Under the pieces are notes generated by a model that searched no databases, was not told where the DNA came from, and saw only the letters and a program-made list of their open reading frames with translations. DNA of 64,000 nt from the human T2T-CHM13v2.0 reference genome, Homo sapiens, in the NCBI RefSeq assembly GCF_009914755.1, contig NC_060941.1; one strand, written 5' to 3'. The position numbers and the translations under genes were made by a program. Positions 55,738-64,000 of this stretch are shown in pieces (the stretch's first letter is position 1; each line of letters begins with the position of its first letter).

Positions 55738-56277
55738 TTAAGGACAGACTGGATTCCTTAGCATAGTGGAGAGGCTGAGCCACCCAGGAGTCGGGAGGCA
55801 GTTTTACACTCAGGTGCTTACTGATCATGTCTTTACATGTTTTCTGCCCGTACTGATCATGCATGGTTTGCACCTCCCCTATGATACATACCTGCTTCAA
55901 TCTTGTGTAGATTTGGAGTCTCATCTTCCTGCTGGGCTCTAAAAGCTCCAGGCTATCAAGAGTTTGAATACAATCTTTCTGGTCAGTGGTTTCCTGATGG
56001 TGAGGATGTTTGATTAGTTCATCTACAGGATTTGATCTTAGCTTGAAGACTATTGATGCTGATGGTTCCCAGGGCAGTTGTTTGAAGGCTGCAGGACAGA
56101 GGTCCAGCAATGCCAAAGAGGGGCGGTCATCATGACAAACTACACTACTGAACTAATTGAAACTGGACTCAGGAGACCTCATCTAATGTGTAGAATTCTC
56201 ATTGATTACAACTTTTATCAGATATCTTTCATGACTAGAATACAATTTAAGCTAATTATTTTCCTGTTTAAACCTAG

Positions 56278-56307
56278 GCCTGTGATACTTGGGCTGTGAT
56301 CCTCTAG
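56278..56307 (+). CDS. RPAIN: RPAIN exon 7 (last) ACDTWAVIL*; total 219 aa
   Basis: cctag| acceptor; TAG 56305-56307; exon lengths sum to 660 nt; AATAAA 56593-56598 downstream. Confidence 0.92.
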   Translation, partial: ACDTWAVIL

Positions 56308-56750
56308 AGCCAGCTTGGACTCACATCATTCTATGGGGTTGAAGACAACTCATTCCCTCTGAGGAGCCTTGTACATACAAGCCTTTTATTTATAACTTAT
56401 TTTGTATTGAAACTTTTAAACAATACTGAAGAAAAAAAAACTTTTCCGACATCTGTTCTTGGTCTTTTGTGACGCAGGTTGAAGGGGGAGGAATAGAAAA
56501 AGACAAACTGCCTTGGAGGAGATAAACCAATTTTATGTCTATCATGTTATACAAAAATCTAGAAATAATAGATTTGTACAGAAAAAAATGATAATAAATG
56601 AGAACACAAAACATATAATTTAAATTTGGTATTTTTTCCCCCATGATATTAGGATGATAATCATTTCAAAGCACATGTCTAGCTTCAGAGTAGGATTTGT
56701 TCACTGGCCAAAGCCTGCCATGAAACTATGGCTTTCAGCATCTGTCTGCT

Positions 56751-56900
56751 CTACTGGCTCTTGACAAAACTCTTGAGGTCTTCAAGAAAAGTAATGTACT
56801 CCTGGTGCTCCAGGGCTGTGCTGAGCTCCACCAGCTCATCTGCAAAAGTGTTGTCCACCCCTCGGTCGGCAAGGAAATCCATTAGGTGGTCATATAAGGC
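56751..56900 (-). CDS. C1QBP: C1QBP exon 6 (last) ALYDHLMDFLADRGVDNTFADELVELSTALEHQEYITFLEDLKSFVKSQ*
   Basis: TAG 56751-56753 (minus), AG acceptor 56901-56902. Confidence 0.97.
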   Translation of the reverse strand, partial: ALYDHLMDFLADRGVDNTFADELVELSTALEHQEYITFLEDLKSFVKSQ

Positions 56901-57028
56901 CTGCAAAGAACAATATTTACTAGTTAAAAAAAAATCTGTAATGAACATTAAAATGCTTTTTTCTCCCCTTGAACTAGGACCCTTCCTTCCAAGGCCCAAA
57001 AGGTTCCCCCACCTTATCAAGCACTCAC

Positions 57029-57151
57029 CCAGTCCAAGGAATCTGTGTTGAGTGTATAATTAGTATCCTTCCATTCAGACTCGCCAGTGGACTGAAAGCT
57101 AACTTCCCTGATAGAGAAGATGTCACTCTCAGCCTCGTCTTCTTGTCCAAC
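57029..57151 (-). CDS. C1QBP: C1QBP exon 5 VGQEDEAESDIFSIREVSFQSTGESEWKDTNYTLNTDSLDW
   Basis: GT-AG boundaries, 123 nt. Confidence 0.96.
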
Positions 57152-57404
57152 CTGAGAAGAAACAATATTGGGAAACTGAAGGGTTCTCCAGGACAAGCTA
57201 GACTCAGGGGAAGAAAGGGGGCCACTGACAGCATGAAACTCATCAGGTTTTAACCCTCTTCCCTCACTCCCCACCTCTCTCCCCCTGCTGGGCTGGTCTA
57301 AGCTAGAAAAGTGTTTAAATTTCTGCTAAAATAGGGACAGGAAGTTCCCAAGGGACACACTGTTCCCCAGGGGTGCCAAGAGGCTAGCACTCCATCCTGC
57401 ATAC

Positions 57405-57503
57405 CTCATCCTCTGGATAATGACAGTCCAACACAAGGGCCTTCTTGCCATCATCATTCTTTATAACTTCAACCACGAAATTGGGAGTTGATGTCAGTTC
57501 AGG
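57405..57503 (-). CDS. C1QBP: C1QBP exon 4 PELTSTPNFVVEVIKNDDGKKALVLDCHYPEDE
   Basis: GT-AG boundaries, 99 nt. Confidence 0.96.
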
Positions 57504-58147
57504 CTGGGGAAACAAGAAGTCAATACATGCTGCTGCTGGAAGGAGATGGATGGCTGGATCAAGGATCTCTGTTCAGAGTGTCTGATGGCCACCACTATTA
57601 GGATATTATGTAGCCATTTGAATAGTCTTATGCCATACTATTCCCAAATGAAGAGCTTGATCTCACTTCTGTTGGCACCCTGCTTGGTTAAATAACACAC
57701 TGGGTTTTCAGTTAAGAAATGTGGATACCAGCCTCAGCTATGTGCCAATTAACTGAGTTTATATCAGTCCCTTAACATTCCAAGCCTTTTCCTCCACCCG
57801 TACACTGCAAAGCTTTCCTAAAGTTTCAAGATCTCTTTCCAGCTTGACTGTTCCAGGAGTCTTCATAAGGGACCAGGGTCAAAGGCTGGGGAACCTGGCC
57901 ATCCTTATGGCTGAATAACAGCAGCAGCTTTTCCTCTGATGCGGAGCTCTGGGAGCAGACTGGGTCCAACGTCAGGGAGATGCTAGTTGGGGTGGCTGGG
58001 AAAGCAGCACACCAGAGAGCTGCGCCGTCCACACCAGGTCATGACCCAACACTGTACTGATGGCTCTTGGGCAGAATGTCTAGGGACTCTGTGGCCCTCA
58101 TACTGGCTGGTTACTAGGCTGGGCACAGCACTTCCTGAAATGTTTGA

Positions 58148-61347
<3,200 letters not shown>

Positions 61348-61859
61348 TCAATTTAAAAACCTGGAAGATGCCAAATGTTTATCTGTGTAATGAGATTATG
61401 GATGACTATAATGCAGAAAAGTGTAAACACTTTAACAGTTTAGGAGATGATGGGGGAGCTGACTTAGGTCACAAACTCCCCACCTCTGATGGCAGCCCTT
61501 ACTACAGTGTAACCCCATCCTGTTACATAGAAGTTACATATTTTTCATTTTCACCCATACTAAACATTAGAGAGCAGTGTCCTATTTTATCAGGGCTGTA
61601 AATCAGAGATCAAACTGATTCTGCCAGTACTTTTTTGCACTACATTTTTGTCTCCTTAGTAACCAGCCCACAGCAAATTTGTGTTCGGTGAATGGACTGC
61701 CTGGGGCTTACGAAGTTGTCCAAATGAATCCTTCACTCTCTTGAAACCCATTTATCAAAGTATCCACACCTGAACTCAAGGCTCTTCTGGGGATGACCCA
61801 GGATGGGTCCTGCAAGGTTAAGGGAGTTGCTGCCCTGGGATCCCCAGACCAGTACTTAC

Positions 61860-62010
61860 TTTTCCCCGGCAACTTTCCGCACTAATTTCGCTTCTGTCCC
61901 ATTCAGTTCCAGCTCCCAACCTCCAGACATCTTAGGGAGGGTTTTATGCTTCTGAATTTTTCTTTCCTCCTTAATTTCATCACTCAGGAAATCAACAAAA
62001 GCTTTGTCTC
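61860..62010 (-). CDS. C1QBP: C1QBP exon 2 DKAFVDFLSDEIKEERKIQKHKTLPKMSGGWELELNGTEAKLVRKVAGE
   Basis: GT-AG boundaries, 151 nt. Confidence 0.96.
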
Positions 62011-62559
62011 CTAGAAAAGAAATCCAGATACATAAAAAGGAAAGCCAGTTAGTCTAAAACATAAAACTATTACCCAGGTTATTGCAGCCAGAAACCTGGC
62101 CTGTTTCTAATCTCTCTGCTATTACGGTTACTCTAGAAGCCTGTTTCCTTATCGGTAAAAATACCATAATAGTAGTAGGAAGCTGAGCCTGATTCTGGAA
62201 AAGTGATTTCCAACAATGAACGCATTACCACTTTCCGCTATAAACCAGGAGAATTTCCAATCCTCTTCCACTTGCCAAACGATATAACTATGCTATTTTC
62301 AACCACGACCATGGGCCTTCCCAAAGGTCCACTTTCGATAGAATAAGACTAAGGAAAAAGGTACCCTAGTATTTAATTTTATTCACCCCCTACCAAAAGA
62401 AAACGAAACTGCTGGATAGGGGAGGTGGGGGAAATATGATCATACGTGGGTTTAGCCCGCTGGTTGCCAATCAATGGAAAAATGTCCCAGACCTCAGAGG
62501 TCGGTTGCAGGCCCTATTCCTGGTCTACGTTTTCCCTCTGTTGAACGCAAACCACACCC

Positions 62560-63180
62560 CCGGCCCGCTAAACCTCACCGTCGGTGTGCAGCGAGCCGCA
62601 GCCACAGCCACAGGCGCAGGGTCCGCGAGGCCGCAGGAGGCCCGGCCGCCGCTCGGAACCTGCGCGCACGCTGAGCAGCCCGAAGGGCCGGGTGCACAGC
62701 CGGGGTGCCGGCTGCAGGAGCTGCCGGAAAGGCGAGGCGGGCGCGGCAGCGCGGAGGCCGGCGACGGAGGAGCCCAGCACACGGGGCACGCAGCGCAGCA
62801 GAGGCAGCATCGCGGAAACGACTGCGAACACGTGCAGATGCAAAGGACAACCCAGGCCTAGGCGCCCCGCGACCTGAGGCGCCGCCGGAAGCCCCGCCCC
62901 TGCCCGGAAGCGCTTCCCGCGCCGGCGCTCTGACGACCTAAGGCCAGCGGGCGGAATCGCGCCCTCTGCTGGAGACCTCCGGTGCAGCCCGGGAAGCCTC
63001 GAATCCGGATTCCGGAGCTTTCTTGCTGCGCTGCCGAGTCCGCTGTCCGAAGCTGTTTAATTCCCTCTAGTGGCCGCTTACCCACTTTCCACCTGCTGTT
63101 CTCAAAGCACGCAAGGCTTTTGGGCTGCGTGGAATGCACTCTTGTCTCCCGCCAGCTCTCACCAGACCCTTCCACGGTCA
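62560..63180 (-). promoter_or_regulatory. C1QBP CpG-island promoter
   Basis: High CpG density; tandem ETS/GABP CCGGAAG 62885-62891 and 62904-62910 flanking GC box 62892-62900; E-box CACGTG 62829-62834. Confidence 0.88.
62579..62810 (-). CDS. C1QBP: C1QBP (p32/gC1qR/HABP1) exon 1; Arg-rich mitochondrial presequence MLPLLRCVPRVLG...CGSLHTD; total 282 aa
   Basis: ATG 62808-62810; G|gtgag donor; exon lengths sum to 849 nt. Confidence 0.97.
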
Positions 63181-63201
63181 CTTTCCTCTAGGAGGCTGTG
63201 G

Positions 63202-63975
63202 TGTTATGATATATATATGTATTGGTTTTCATCCACAGTTCCTGGGTCGTAACTCCTATAGCCCTTGTTACAATGTTCTGTGATAATGTTGGGTGTGTTA
63301 GGCCTCAGGAAACAGACTCTCCCCTTCTCCTGCCCTCCTTTTACCTGCCCCAAAGCAGGACTCTAATCTCCTTCCACATTTCTGATTATGGGTCTTAAGT
63401 CCCTTCCCAGAGAAGGTCCCACCATATACCCTGGGGGAAGGGATGCTGATGTCCAGAAGCTTCCATAAAAACCCAAGAGGAGAGGGTTTGCAGAGCCTCT
63501 GACAGCTGAATACGTAGAGGTTCCTGGAGGGTGGTGGCCCAGGGTAGGCAAGGAACCTCGGAGCTTCTTCCCCATTCCCCACCCTGCTCATCTCATCTGT
63601 ATCCTTGGTCATATCCTTTATATGAAACCGGTGAATGTGTTTCCCTGAGTTCTGTGAACTGCTCCAGTGAGTTAACATAATCCAAAGAGGGGGGTCGTGG
63701 GAACCCCAACTTGAAGCGGGTTGGTCGGAAGTTTCAGAGGCCCAGACTTGCCATTGCTGTCTGAAGGTGGGGGCGGTCTTGGGGACTGAGCCCTCAACCT
63801 ATGGGATCTGACACTATCTCCAGGTAGATACTGTTGGGATTGAATTGGAGGACACCCAGCTGGTGTCTGCTGCTTAGTGTGGAGGGGAAAAACCCAAACC
63901 TTTGGCCACATAAGTCTTCTGTGTTGATTGTTGTGTTGTGAGAGCAAAGGAAAGTCTGAGGGTTTTCCTGAAAGA
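63202..63975 (+). mobile_element. MER21-family ERVL LTR (MER21A-like)
   Basis: tgttatgatatatat...ttggttttcatccacagttcctgg; gggatctgacactatctccaggtagat; gaggacacccagctggtgtc. Confidence 0.8.
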
Positions 63976-64000
63976 GGCCTTCTAGAACCTTTTTTTCCAC

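Noticed and set aside
55667-56116. 149-aa minus-strand ORF downstream of C1QBP
   Set aside because: Non-ATG start, ends inside MER85, no family resemblance and no transposase motifs.
62436-63252. Overlapping ORFs in several frames around C1QBP exon 1
   Set aside because: Expected stop-codon scarcity in a CpG island.

Overview
Alu-dense primate (human-like) genomic DNA that I recognise as the chr17p13.2 cluster RABEP1(+) / NUP88(-) / RPAIN(+) / C1QBP(-). I rebuilt the exon chains by hand from GT-AG boundaries and reading phase. RABEP1 contributes its last five coding exons. NUP88 is complete (17 exons, 2226 nt = 741 aa), as are RPAIN (7 exons, 660 nt = 219 aa) and C1QBP (6 exons, 849 nt = 282 aa). 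NUP88 and RPAIN share a 560-nt head-to-head CpG promoter, and both tail-to-tail junctions have poly(A) signals placed so the 3' UTRs would overlap. Introns contain about 55 Alus or Alu fragments, L1/L2/MIR fragments, MER20/MER30/MER58/MER44/MER46/MER47/Tigger1 DNA-transposon relics, an MLT1 LTR and a piggyBac-derived MER85; a MER21 LTR sits just upstream of C1QBP. Nearly all non-exonic ORFs in the supplied track are Alu or GC-shadow artefacts. I found no unannotated gene or wholly new system. The best leads are regulatory: an in-frame +16-aa NUP88 acceptor, a one-base SUMO-site switch in RPAIN, inverted Alus bracketing skippable exons, a ~680-nt Alu quasi-palindrome, a strong-context upstream CUG in C1QBP, two perfect NRF2/ARE motifs and sense-antisense 3' overlaps. 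Repeat family names and boundaries come from recall of consensus sequences and are approximate.
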